A stretch of DNA of 64,000 nt from Mobula hypostoma (lineage: Eukaryota), in the NCBI RefSeq assembly GCF_963921235.1, contig NC_086097.1, forward strand, positions 119,786,001 to 119,850,000. The letters run 5' to 3'. Each line of letters opens with the position of its first letter. Positions within the stretch are counted from its first letter, which is position 1. The notes under the pieces were generated by a model that was not told the origin of the DNA, did not search any database, and saw nothing but the letters and a program-made list of their open reading frames with translations. Shown here piece by piece: positions 38,471 to 51,332 of this stretch. The translations under genes and the position numbers were made by a program.

Positions 38471-40554
38471 AGTCAAGCCTCAGACAGCCACCATAACCCT
38501 TAACACATTTAAAATGTCATGAAATAAAAATGAACATCACAAATGAAAATTGTAAATAGAAATAATGTGAGACATGTCATCTGAAATCATTATGATCATA
38601 AGATGGAAACATTATAGACTATCATGCAATGATATGTCCTCTCTATCCTGTACCTTACACAGAATTAACCCTTAACTGGAATCTATGAAATATAAGGGCA
38701 TATATCTCTCTCTGAATCTCTTCAGGTAAATAACATAGTGTGCGGTTCCCTTGAAAGCTGTCATTTAACATTGAATAGTATTCTTTCTTTGTGCATGGGT
38801 AATAGATTCTATCTTTACTTTTCTATGAGTTGTCAAAGTTTTCTCTGAAACTTCCCCAGTTTATAAAGCAAAAATGGAAACCTTGCCTATTTCATTGTCA
38901 TAACCTTCTGATTTGATTGTTATCTTCATTATGATTCAGATTTATTTATCACATGTACATCATAACATACGGTGAAATGCATTATTTGTGTTAACAACAA
39001 CCAGCACAACATAAGGAAATGCTAGGTGCAGCTCACATGCGTCACCGCATATTCCAGTGCCAATACAGCATGCCCACTATATTCAGTAGAATAACACAAG
39101 CAACAATAACAATTGCAGTAATTTATTAATAAGTTTAATAATGTATTGCTATTACAGTGCCATGATCATTAATCGGAGTTCAATAAGTAAGGAGTTTGTA
39201 CATTCTCCCCATGACCGTTGGCATTTTCTTCAAGTGCTCCAGTATCCATTGACATTCCAAAGACATACAGATAAGGGTTAGTATGTTGTGGGCATGCTAT
39301 ATTGGTGCTGGAAGCATCATGACTCTTGAAAACTGCCCCCAGCACATATCTGGACTGTGTTGGTCGTTGATGGAAAGATGAATTTTTCTGATAGATTTTG
39401 ATATTTTGACATACTATACATGTGACAAATAAATCTGATGTTTAATCTTTTAATCTTTAGTCTTTATTTATTCAACCTGGACAAAGATTACTTTATTGGT
39501 GGGCTGTTACTTCTTCAAAGTGATGGAAAACAAGATGGGAATCTTCATGAATTCCAAAGACAAAACATTGCACTGAAATGAAATGATTAGATTTGAACTT
39601 TGTCTGACTAGATATGTTAGCAGAGACTTTGTATTGACCTCGAAGCTAAAGCTTTCAAAGATATAACCAATGGTTAAGTCCATTAGCACCTTGAAGAACT
39701 GATTTAGGACCTAACTTATCACTAACTCCTGATTCCCTTTATTATTTAATTTATTTAGTGATACAGGTTGGAGTAGGCCCCTCTGGCCCATCGAGCCATG
39801 ATGATCTAGCAGCCCCACAACCCAGATTAACCCTAACCCAATCACAGGACAGTTTAAAATGACCATCTAATCTCTCCGCTACATCTTTGGTCTGTAGGAA
39901 GAAACTGGAGCATCCAAATAAAACCCAAGTATTTCGCAGGGAGGACGTACCGAGACTGCTTACACATATTATACTCTGCTTGCTCTGTAGGAACAGAGAC
40001 CACCAACACTTCTGTCCTTTAAAGAAATGTGACTGACATGTGTAACAACACACAGAATATTAGATCCTCATAATCACATAGCTTTATACAACTTCCATGT
40101 TGTACCTTCTGCAGGTATTACTTATTACTATTATAAATCATTATTTTGCTTTCATATCACTTGAAACAATCCAATTTCAGACCCCCAGTTCAGGTTGCTT
40201 GTATAAGTATTTCTCAGGCAGACAGTCTATGCCAAATAAAACTTCTCAATTTGTATGACTAGAATGACTCCTCCAGCTGCCTCGGACTGTCATTCTGACT
40301 ATTGTCGTCAACAGCATTTCCAATGTTTACACTTCATGTCTTTAAGCTTATTGGTTCACAATGTGATCAGTTCTCAACTGGCCATTTAGCCTGTTCTCTC
40401 CTTGCATATTGGCCATTCATAATATATTTCCTTGTTATTTAGCTTGCAATGTAAATCGTTTGCCTTGTATCTGAGCTTAATCAGTTCACCATCCCGTTGA
40501 GCACAAGAATTGCCCTTCATCGGTCAGGAATTGCCTTGGCTTGATAAGAAACAA

Positions 40555-41240
40555 TTTTAGATTTAGATTATGAGGACACTCAGTCCTTGTTTACTGTCAT
40601 TTAGAAATGCATGCATGCATTAAGAAATAATACAATGTTCCTCCAGAGTGATATCACAAAAAAACAAGACAAACCAAAGACTAACACTGACAAGACCACA
40701 TAATTACAACATATAGTTACAGCAGTGCAAAGCAATCCCGTAATTTGATAAAGAACAGACCATGGGAACTGTAAAAAAAAGTCTCAAAGTTCCGATCGAC
40801 TCCTGATAGTCCCCGATAGCAGGCGGCAAAAGGGAGAACCTCTCTCTGCCATAAACCACCAGGCACCGACAACTGTTGATGCATTGGAAGCACCCGACCA
40901 CAGCCGACTCTGAGTCTGTCCAAAAACTTCGATACTGACCAGCCCTTCGACACCGAGCACCGAGCGCCATCTCTGCCGAGTGCTTCGACCCCATCCCGGC
41001 TGCTGAGCAACAAGCAAAGCCAAGGATTCGGGGCCTTCACCTCCGGAGATTCTGGATCACACAGTAACAGCGGCAGCGAAAAAGACATTTCAGAAGTTTC
41101 TCCAGATGTTCCTCCGTTCTCTCACATCTGTCTCCATCAAATCAGGATTGTGCACGGCACCCTACTTGACAGATCACAGATACCATTCACCGCAGTGGCC
41201 GCGCAAGCTGCGTCGTGCCACCATCTTCTCCTCCTCCTTG
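40555..41240 (-). mobile_element. CpG-rich non-autonomous retroelement with LINE-type tail
   Basis: Minus strand starts GGAGGAGAAGATGGTGGC and ends ...ATCTAAATCTAAA; many intact CpGs; no credible ORF. Confidence 0.6.
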
Positions 41241-42364
41241 CCTACTAGCTCTTGCCTAGTAATTTTCTGTTGTTTTACCTTCCGTTTTGAAGATTTGTAT
41301 TCCATTTCATCATTGGTATTCAGGAGGGTATTTCCACAGCTCTTCGTACTGCAGAGTCATGTGGTGTTCTTGTATTTTCCCAATTAGAAAGTAACCACAG
41401 ATGCGTTTTTCCAGGGGCTGTTTTGCATCCACTTCTTTGATCTGATGTTCGAGTTTCGGGAGATCACATACATCGAAAAATTGAGATCTACAGTCCCAAA
41501 TTGCTCAACCACGTTCTGTATATTGAGACTATTTCCAGACAAAGTGCATGAAAAAATGGTCCATTAAACACTATAATTGCAGTGAGGATGCTGAAAGAGT
41601 TAAAGAATATAACTAAATTTCCTCGGTAGCTCTCATCTGCTCCATTATAAATTCACCTGAAATGTGGTGGTGTAATTCATGTTTATGAGCTCAAATGAAA
41701 CACATCTCCCAGTGAAGCTGCAGGTGGACAGAGGCAGAAATTCAGCAGAATTTTACCGAGATTTGCTCCAGTCCATACATTATAACATGAAATCAGCATA
41801 GATTTTGACATGTCATCAGTCAAAATGCCATCAGTGCCAAGAGTAGTTGATTGTTCCAAAACTTTAATAAAACTATAAGAATTTTTGAGTTTAACTTACC
41901 ATTGTAACATTATAATAGATTTAACACCAATGTGCAGAGTGCGGGGAGATTGTTAGATTGATAACCTTGTCAGTGTTAAAATTTATAACTCTTCAAAAAC
42001 CACCTTAAATCTGTGGGATAATTACTGCTTCCAACATTTACTTTGAAGTCCATGATGGATTTCTGAATCTCACTGTCACGTTAAATCATTGTTTGATATA
42101 AGCTCTACCATAGCTTTGCTACAGGCAAAAAACCAAAATAACTTATGCTAATACAATTTCATATTGAATATGTACAGACCTTCATGATCATGTCCTATCC
42201 AGGCTTTAGTATAGATTTTCACATTAGCTCTTTGACCACCTAACGTCAGGCAGGAGGTACTGTAGGTTTATACCAGCTTTATACATTTGAATTTATACTA
42301 GATGCATTTACAGTTACAATTAACTCATAAAACATTGCGTCTTTGAGATATAGGAACAAACTTG

Positions 42365-42905
42365 CTCTCAGCGTCCACCTTATTAGATACAACTGGTACA
42401 ACTGCTTGTTAGTGTAAATATCTAATTAACCAATCATATAGCAGTTACTCTATACCTAAAAGAATGCAGACATGGTCAAGAGGTTCAGTTGTTGTTCAGA
42501 TAAAACGTCAGAAAAGGGAATAAATATAATCTACTGTAGGTGATTTTGACGGGGTAATTGGTGTCAGACGGGGTGGTTTGAGTATCTGAGAAACTACCGA
42601 TCTCCTGGGATTTTCATGCACAACAGTCACTAGAGTTTACAGAGAATGGTGTGAGAAACAAAACAAAAACATCCAGTGAGTGGCAGCTCTGTGAGCAAAA
42701 AAGCCTTGTTAATGAGGAGAATGCCAGATCAGTTCAACCTGGCAGGAGGGTGACAGTAACCACATGTTACAATAGTGGTGTTGAGAAGAGCATTTCCAAA
42801 CACACAAGTCAAACCTTGAAGTGGATGGGCTACAGAGGCAGAAAACCACAAACGTATACCTAGTGTCCTCTTTTTTGGGTACAGGAGGTACCAGTGAGTG
42901 TATGT
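42365..42905 (+). mobile_element. Tc1-derived non-autonomous element
   Basis: Transposase N-terminal remnant LGFSCTTVTRVYREWCEK..TSSEWQLCEQKSLVNE; decayed termini ending CAGTGAGTGTA. Confidence 0.7.
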
Positions 42906-44059
42906 GGTAACATGGGGAACGTACATGCTCTAAACACATAATATCATGAGTCAAGATCGAAACTGGTCTCTAGGGCTGTTCTAGGAGAATGAGTAGGGTA
43001 ATAGCTCTTTCTGGATATCAAAAGAAAGCAAAGTTTTGCAAGAAGGGGTTTTTACAGGAAACAGACTGATTCCTGCACTCATTTTGAAAAGGGAGCGAGG
43101 GATGCTAAGTGTACATTAGATTGGATATCAGGGAACCTCAGGGCTTTCACAGCTAACTCTGCTGCATGGGACTGGGATGAAGTTTTGGGATCAATCAGAA
43201 CTTTGACCTGCAGCTCCTATGTTCAGAGTTTCAGAACACCCCACCACACCTTGATTCCTTACAGCTATGGAACACAAAGAGGAAACAGAAATTCTGTGGT
43301 CCAAGGTGAGTGTGAATTCTATGCAAGTAACTATTAGGGGTGTTTACAAGCTGCTGCTATTTAATTTTAATTTAGAGATACAGCATGATGATGAGCTCTT
43401 ATGTCTAATGAGCCAACGTTGCACAAATTGTATCCATGTGACCAGATAACCTACCAACCTGTAATCTTTAGAGTGTGGGAGGAAACTGTAACACCCAGAG
43501 GAAACCCACATGGTCATGGAGAAAACTTACAAAAAGCTTATGGAGAGCAGTGGGCATTGAACCCCAATTGCTGGCGCTCTAATACCATTATGCTAACCAC
43601 TACACTGACGTGCCACCCATTATCATGTTGACTGTGTGAAGAGGTGGGGGGGGAGATGTTTGCCCACTTTCAAGCCTACACCATGGCATGTGGCTGCATG
43701 ATATGGGTGTCTGAGTGCGGTCGTGAAGGGGCAACATCCCATCTGTCTCTGAATGTAAATGCGAGTGAGCTGCTATCTGTGAAGTCCGATATACCTGCTG
43801 AAGGTAGCACCTGTAAATGCCTGCAAGAAAATGAGTCTCAGTGTAGTATATGGTGATATATACAGCACATACGGCACTTAGGTAATCAATTTACTTAGAA
43901 GTTTATTATCTTTGTGATACAGTGAAAATCGTTTTGTTTGTGCCATTCAGATAGGTCATTCCACGCATAAGCACTTTGAGGTAGACCAAAAGACCATAAG
44001 ACATAGGAGCAGAATTAGGCCATTTGGCCCATCGAGTCTGCTCCACCATTCATTCATGG

Positions 44060-44187
44060 ATGATGAAGGGTCTCGGCCTGAAACGTCGACTGTACCTCTT
44101 CCTAGAGATGCTGCCTGGCCTACTGCGTTCACCAGCAACCTTGATGTGTGTTGCTTGAATTTCCAGCATCTGCAGAATTCCTTGTGT
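44060..44187 (+). mobile_element. Short Penelope-like tail insertion starting at the hammerhead core, 12-bp TSD
   Basis: ATTCATTCATGG at 44048-44059 and 44188-44199; inserted in an old minus-strand CR1 tail. Confidence 0.9.
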
Positions 44188-47100
44188 ATTCATTCATGGC
44201 TGATTCTTTTCTCCCCTCCTATAGAGGTGTTGAAGCTAGGGGAAAGTGCTATGCAGGCAGGCAAAGTGCAGGAGTAATGATAAGGTCGATTTCGAGATCA
44301 ATAGTTTATTTTTGGTGTGTCAGAGGTCCATTCAAGAGTCTCATTTATTTAGCTTTGTTGTAGGTTTAAACAATTTAACCAAAGCATTTGTTTGGTTATA
44401 GACTTTTCATAGATTCTACTGTATTTCTTTATTTCCCTGTAAACTTCTGAAAGGAAATGAATCCTAAGGCAATATATGGTAACATATATGCACTTCCATA
44501 GTAAATTTACTTTGACTTTGATTTATAATAGCAGGGTAGAAGCTGTCCTTGAGCCTGGTAGTTTGTGTTCTCAGGATTTTGTACTTTCTGTCTAATCTAT
44601 TGATTTTATAAGGGCAGTGTATAAATATGTAGAGAAATAACTTGTTCACTCAGAGAGTGGTACACCTTTGGACTCTGCAGAGGCCCAGTCATTGGGTGCA
44701 TTCTAAACAGAGACAAGTACTGGGACAAGATACGGAACAGTGTAATCAGTCAAAGAATCCGTAATGGCTTGTCTTTCTCTTTGCCCATAAATAAGTGTTG
44801 AATAAAAGTTTCTTTTTAAAAGGAAGAGCTTTAGAACTTGGGGAATCTTGTGAAGTTAGATCTTGACTCCACAACAGGTTTCCATCAAACATGATTTATC
44901 TATTGGAAATTATATCCTATTCCAGTAGATTGGTCACTTTTGAAGACCATATTGATGTCCAGAACAGTACTGACCTTCACTAGCACAATTTCATATCTTT
45001 GATGGAGCATACCAACAATATGAATGCTTGTGAACTGATTTTTGGTGAAACAAGGCCCGTAGACAGGTCTCCCCAGTGCAATGGTGGGCCTGCCTGAAAA
45101 ATTATACAAATCAGTTTCCATCCAATCTTGTGGGGGAAAATCTTCCAGTGTATCTTAGATTATTGATTAGTCTGGCAGAGTAGCATAAACAGTCCTTTAT
45201 ATCTACCTGAGAAGAATACGTGACCATCTATCAAGACACATTGAATTTATTCAAAGCTTCTAAGTGAAAAAAAAGGTCCAAGATATTTCTCAGGGATGTC
45301 AGCAAAAGATGAATGCAAGGTCAACAATGGAGATCTCAGAACTGTCAAAAACTGACATAAAGGAGATGGTTTTGAACAGAATCTCAAAGGAGAAGATAAC
45401 AGCCTGGCTGCAGATATGCTATTTTGAAGGGGAGGAAGTTGCACAACCAAAGGGCACAGATTTCACATAAATTGAAAAAAAAAGTCAGAAAGAAGTGTGT
45501 GGAATTTATTTGCAGAGTGAGCTGTTATGATTCGTCTTTGCCTGAAAGTGTAATAGAAGAGATATAATAGTAACTTCTGAAAAATAGGTATAGATTTGAT
45601 AAGGTGATATTTGCAGAATGATGGAAAATAGTAGGAGGAGTGAGGGTCAGATGGTTGAATTCTGCACTGTGTAATTCAATGATTTTATCAAGAGAATTTT
45701 AACCCATTGAACAGATGGATTACTGTTAGGTCAGGTGCAATAGTTTTAAAAAAAAATTAATGTCTAAACATTTCTAAATACTTCATGTCCAACATATCTA
45801 AAGCAAAGCTGCACAGCAGGTTGGGAGCCAATCCAATTCTTTCAGGAGATAGAATGCTTATTAACTAATATAATAAGATTAATATCTTCTCTGTATTATA
45901 ATCTTGACCCAGCCCATCTGGAGATCAGAGACACGAATAATCTTGGCAGCTCAGGGGATTGAGCACAACTATGGAGAAGAGGTAAATAACTTAATGGATT
46001 TTTTTTTTTTTGCAGAAGGTCCAGTTGTGCTGCTCAGTCTGCCTACTGCAGTCAAGTAAATTAATTTAAATACAGGATCTTTGAACCTGTTCATTCCAAA
46101 GGCTCCTGCTAAGGAAGTGGAAAGGATGCTCATGCCATTTTACCCCTGTATATCCTCCAATATATAACTGCCCACCTCACATAATAGGGGTTTAACCCCC
46201 TTTCTTGGACCGGGGTTTGTAATGCTACAGCCACACCCTTCCCCTGCCTCCTGACCACTTACACAACCATGGAGAATTTACACTAACGTTGCTTAAAGCT
46301 TCCGGTATAATGTTCGGTGGTGTTCAACAGAAATACTCTTCCAGCCTATAGCCAGATTTGGAAAGAAGACTGGCTTCAATGTAAGGATTCTGTTGAGGAA
46401 GATATCTTACACAATGGCTTAAAATGTGGCAGTTTGTGAGAAATCTGGATTTCTGCTTTACCTAATTAAGTAAATTACCCCAAATTTGAGTAGTTTACTT
46501 AAATTATGCAATTTTAGCATGGTATTTGATACTCCTATTTTTTTGCTCAATATAGGAGGATCAAAAACCCCCATATTAACCCATGGAAATGGGTGAGAGA
46601 TTTCCTCTCCCACCCCTTCTGCAGGTCAATATGGGGGTATATGATACTGTGTAGGTGGAGAGGGAGAGGTGATAGGGTAGATAATTCTGGAAGTTCAAGC
46701 TCTAATGATTGAAGGCAGACTAACAAATGATATTGTCGGGAGACTGATACAATCAGGGAATGAAGATTCCATGAATTGGTATTATGCTGGAGGAGTTGCA
46801 GAGCTTAGTTGGGAAGGGACTATAAAATGATTTAATGTTTAATTTAATTATGATGCATAATGCAGATTAGCAGTTATAAAGGGTGGCCTCTAATTAACTT
46901 TCCTGCTTCTAATTTCTCTTTTAGACTGCCATTTAAAGCAATTACATAGCTCTTCAGAATTATTTCAATATTCTCCTAAAAATGCTTGTACATCAAAACC
47001 AGAATGAGCAAGGATTAAAAGATCCACATTACCTAAAGGATCGAAGTTTAAGCATCAGCATTGAGGAGGCTTAAATAAGAACTTTCCATCGCAAGAAAGA

Positions 47101-47813
47101 ACACCCACGCCAGGAGGTGGGAGAAGAAAGGATCAATTGCTTGGCCAATGGGAGATCCCCTATTTCAGTGTTATAAACTGGAAAAGTGCTCTTGAGTGAG
47201 TATTGGCATGAAGGAAACAGTGGAATTCATGTTCTAAGTTGTTGGCCTAGGGTCAACATAGTTATGTTGTTGTTTGTGCAGAGACAGTAACGTGTGAGCA
47301 TCAATTAACTGAGAGTTGCATAATGAGTCTCCTAACCCTGGTTCCATTGATGAATGCTCAACAATTGTTTGTGTCTCGAAAAAGTACATTGATCAAGTGC
47401 TCTCTGTCACAGTCCTTTAAACCCAGGATAGGCTACCTTCGGCACCCCAGCATCCAATGGGCTCGCGGATTTGAAGACAACAGGCTTCCAACTTTCCCAA
47501 TGGACTTATAGACCCAGGGCTTCAGCCATTGTCTTGACTTCCAAGAATGGTGGTGATAAATGGGTCCATGCTCTCATAGAACATAGAACAGTACAGCACA
47601 ATACAGGCCCTTCAGCCCACAATTTTGTGCCGATCCTTAAACCCTGCCTCCCATATAATGCCCCCCCCCACCTTAAATTCCTCCATATACCTGTCTAGTA
47701 GTTTCTTAAATTCCATGAGTGTATCTGCCTACACCACTGACTCAGGCAGTGCATTCCATGCACCAACCACTCTCTGAGTAAAAAACCTTCCTCTAATTCC
47801 TATAATTTGCTTT

Positions 47814-49598
47814 AGGTGAATTGATTATGGGGAGCAAGGACATGGCAGACCAATTGAATAATTACTTTGGTTCTGTCTTCACTAAGGAGGACATAAATAA
47901 TCTCCCAGAAATAGTAAGGGACAGAGGGTCCAGTGAGATGGTGGAACTGAGCGAAATACATGTTAGTAGGGAAGTGGTGTTAGGTAAATTGAAGGGATTG
48001 AAGGCAGATAAATCCCCGGGGCCAGATGGTCTGCATTCTAGAGTGCTTAAGGAAGTAGCCCAAGAAATACTGGATGCATTAGTGATAATTTTTCAAAACT
48101 CGTTAGATTCTGGACTAGTTCCTGAGGATTGGAGGGTGGCTAATGTAACCCCACTTTTTAAAAAAGGAGGGAGAGAGAAACCGGGGAATTATAGACCGGT
48201 TAGCCTAACGTCGGTGGTGGGGAAACTGCTGGAGTCAGTTATCAAGGATGTGATAACAGCACATTTGGAAAGCGGTGAAATCATCGGACAAAGTCAGCAT
48301 GGATTTGTGAAAAGAAAATCATGTCTGACGAATCTCATAGAATTTTTTGAGGATGTAACTAGTAGAGTGGATAGGGGAGAACCAGTGGATGTGGTATATT
48401 TGGATTTTCAAAAGGCTTTTGACAAGGTCCCACACAGGAGATTAGTGTGCAAACTTAAAGCACACGGTATTGGGGGTAAGGTATTGGTGTGGGTGGAGAA
48501 TTGGTTAGCAGACAGGAAGCAAAGAGTGGGAATAAACAGGACCTTTTCAGAATGGCAGGCGGTGACTAGTGGGGTACCGCAAGGCTCGGTGCTGGGACCC
48601 CAGTTGTTTACAATATATATTAATGACTTGGATGAGGGAATTAAATACAGCATCTCCAAGTTTGCGGATGACACGAAGCTGGGTGGCAGTGTTAGCAGTG
48701 AGGAGGATGCTAAGAGGATGCAGGGTGACTTGGATAGGTTGGGTGAGTAGGCAAATTCATGGCAGATGCAATTTAATGTGGATAAATGTGAAGTTATCCA
48801 CTTTGGTGGCAAAAATAGGAAAACAGATTATTATCTGAATGGTGGCCGATTAGGAAAAGGGGAGGTGCAACGAGACCTGGGTGTCATTATACACCAGTCA
48901 TTGAAAGTGGGCATGCAGGTACAGCAGGCGGTGAAAAAGGCGAATGGTATGCTGGCATTTATAGCGAGAGGATTCGAGTACAGGAGCAGGGAGGTACTAC
49001 TGCAGTTGTACAAGGCCTTGGTGAGACCACACCTGGAGTATTGTGTGCAGTTTTGGTCCCCTAATCTGAGGAAAGACATCTTTGCCATAGAGGGAGTACA
49101 AAGAAGGTTCACCAGATTGATTCCTGGGATGGCAGGACTTTCATATGAAGAAAGACTGGATGAACTGGGCTTGTACTCGTTGGAATTTAGAAGATTGAGG
49201 GGGGATCTGATTGAAACGTATAAGATCCTAAAGGGATTGGACAGGCTAGATGCAGGAAGATTGTTCCTGATGTTGGGGAAGTCCAGAATGAGGGGTCACA
49301 GTTTGAGGATAGAGGGGAAGCCTTTTAGGACCGAGATTAGGAAAATCTTCTTCACACAGAGAGTGGTGAATCTGTGGAATTCTCTGCCTCAGGAAACAGT
49401 TGAGGCCAGTTCATTGGCTATATTTAAGAGGGAGTTAGATATGGCCCTTGTGGCTACGGGGGTCAGGGGGTATGGAGGGAAGGCTGGGGCGGGGTTCTGA
49501 GTTGGATGATCAGCCATGATCATAATAAATGGCGATGCAGGCTCGAAGGGCCATATGGCCTACTCCTGCACCTATTTTCTATGTTTCTATGTTTCTAT
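47814..49598 (+). mobile_element. Young CR1 LINE copy 4, 5'-truncated, with one nonsense change
   Basis: ORFs 47821-48750 and 48766-49500 separated by TGG>TAG at 48748-48750. Confidence 0.97.
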
Positions 49599-50751
49599 CA
49601 TCTTACTGCTGCCATCAGGAAGGAGGTACAGGAGACTTAGGCTCCACAGCACCAGAATCAGTTATCACACTTCAGCCATCAGGCTCCATTCACCTCAACA
49701 CTGAAATGATTCCAAAGCCTAAGGACTCATTTTCAACTCATGTTCTCAGTATTATTTATTTACATTTTTTGTTTTGTTTTGTATCTGCACAGTTCATCTA
49801 CTTTTGCACATTGATTGTCCATCAGTATTTGTGTGTAGTTTTTCATTAATTCTCTTTTATTTCTTTGTTCTACTGTGAATACCTGCAAAAAACTGTATCT
49901 CAAGATAGTATATCATGACATATAGAGTGTGTACTTTAGTAATTAAATTTACTTTTAACTTTGAACCTCTGGACTGTTGCTTTTCACCATAGTAATTTCT
50001 CTTGCTCACTGTTGAAGAGAGAGTCTGCAAGTTCAAAGCCAAACTATCTCTGTTATCCTGCAGAAGTCTGAATGGAGGACTGCATGAATCCTGTCAGGGT
50101 ATAAACCCAGAGGAAATTTGATCCACTTAGGATTCACAGTCTACAAGGCTCATGGTCTTCTGTTGTACTCTGAAGGCGAGGCAAAGAGATAAAATATGAA
50201 TTAATCGTGACAAGTTAACAATGGATCAGCAGCTGGATCAGACAAATATCTGAATGCATATAATGGCATGTGCTCATCAGATGAATGCTGTGGATATGTA
50301 AGGGAGAGGATAAAGAATTGTCCTTGGACAGGTAAAAAGGTGATGAAGTGCATGGATCGTTGGGATATTTGCTCTTTCAGGGTATGTGGGTACAAGGAGT
50401 GATATTCTGGAGCGGGCCTGAATTGACAGATTCAGTCAGGGATAAAGAAAAAGCAAAAAGGTGAAAGATTAGTTTTATTTGTCACATCTATATCGATACA
50501 TCGAATCATACAGGGAAGTGCCTTGCTTGCATCAATGACCAACACAAACTACGTATCGGGCTGGGCGCAACCTTTGAATGTCACCAATTACTGGTTGCCA
50601 ACATAGCATGTCCACAATTTATTAACCTTTACCCATATGTCTTTTTTTTTGGAATGTGGGAGGAAACCAGAGCTCCCAAAAGAAACTCACATGGTCATGG
50701 GGAGAACAAACAAACTCTTTACAGACAGTGCTGGGAATTTATCCCCAATAG

Positions 50752-51332
50752 GTGCTGAACTCAAGGGCAGGAAGATGTCAAAAACTTTGGCAATTAAAGC
50801 AAAACAAGTTATTTATTACAGAAATTAACCAGCAAAACTAACAAGAGCTCAGGCGAACTATACAGAATCTTGAAGAACTGAGATCACTCACAATACACAG
50901 AAGAACTTGGTCAGATTTTCACCAGGCAGGGATCCACAACGACTGAGCAAAGAGGGATTGGCAAGCCCCCCAAAATACACCCTGGAACTGTAGGAATTCA
51001 GGACCTATCAGATAGCTCCACCGTCCAGATGAAGCAATAACCCCCCCACCCCCAAAGACAACAACTACAATGCAAGGTATTGAAAATCCCATGCTAATTG
51101 AATAAATGCAATAAATACCAAGAGAGTCTAACAAACCCCATGATACCAAATGAGACAACTGCAACACAAAGCAAACACCCAGAGCTAATTCAAAGACAAA
51201 CAAGTAGACATAAAAGGTAAGCAATCTAAGGAAGACTGCATACCCACGAGGTCACATTGAGAAAATACAATCCACATACTAAATGAGAAAATACCTTTTC
51301 CCTTTTTGTAAAAATGACTCCTGGTTGTGACA
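50752..51332. mobile_element. LTR-like repeat, copy 2
   Basis: Similar to 25365-25850; ends GTTGTGACA. Confidence 0.5.

Noticed and set aside
45982..46055. Plus-strand GT...(T)n-GCAG mini-intron or strong acceptor
   Set aside because: A 34-nt intron is too short, the downstream donor is weak, and there is no coding support
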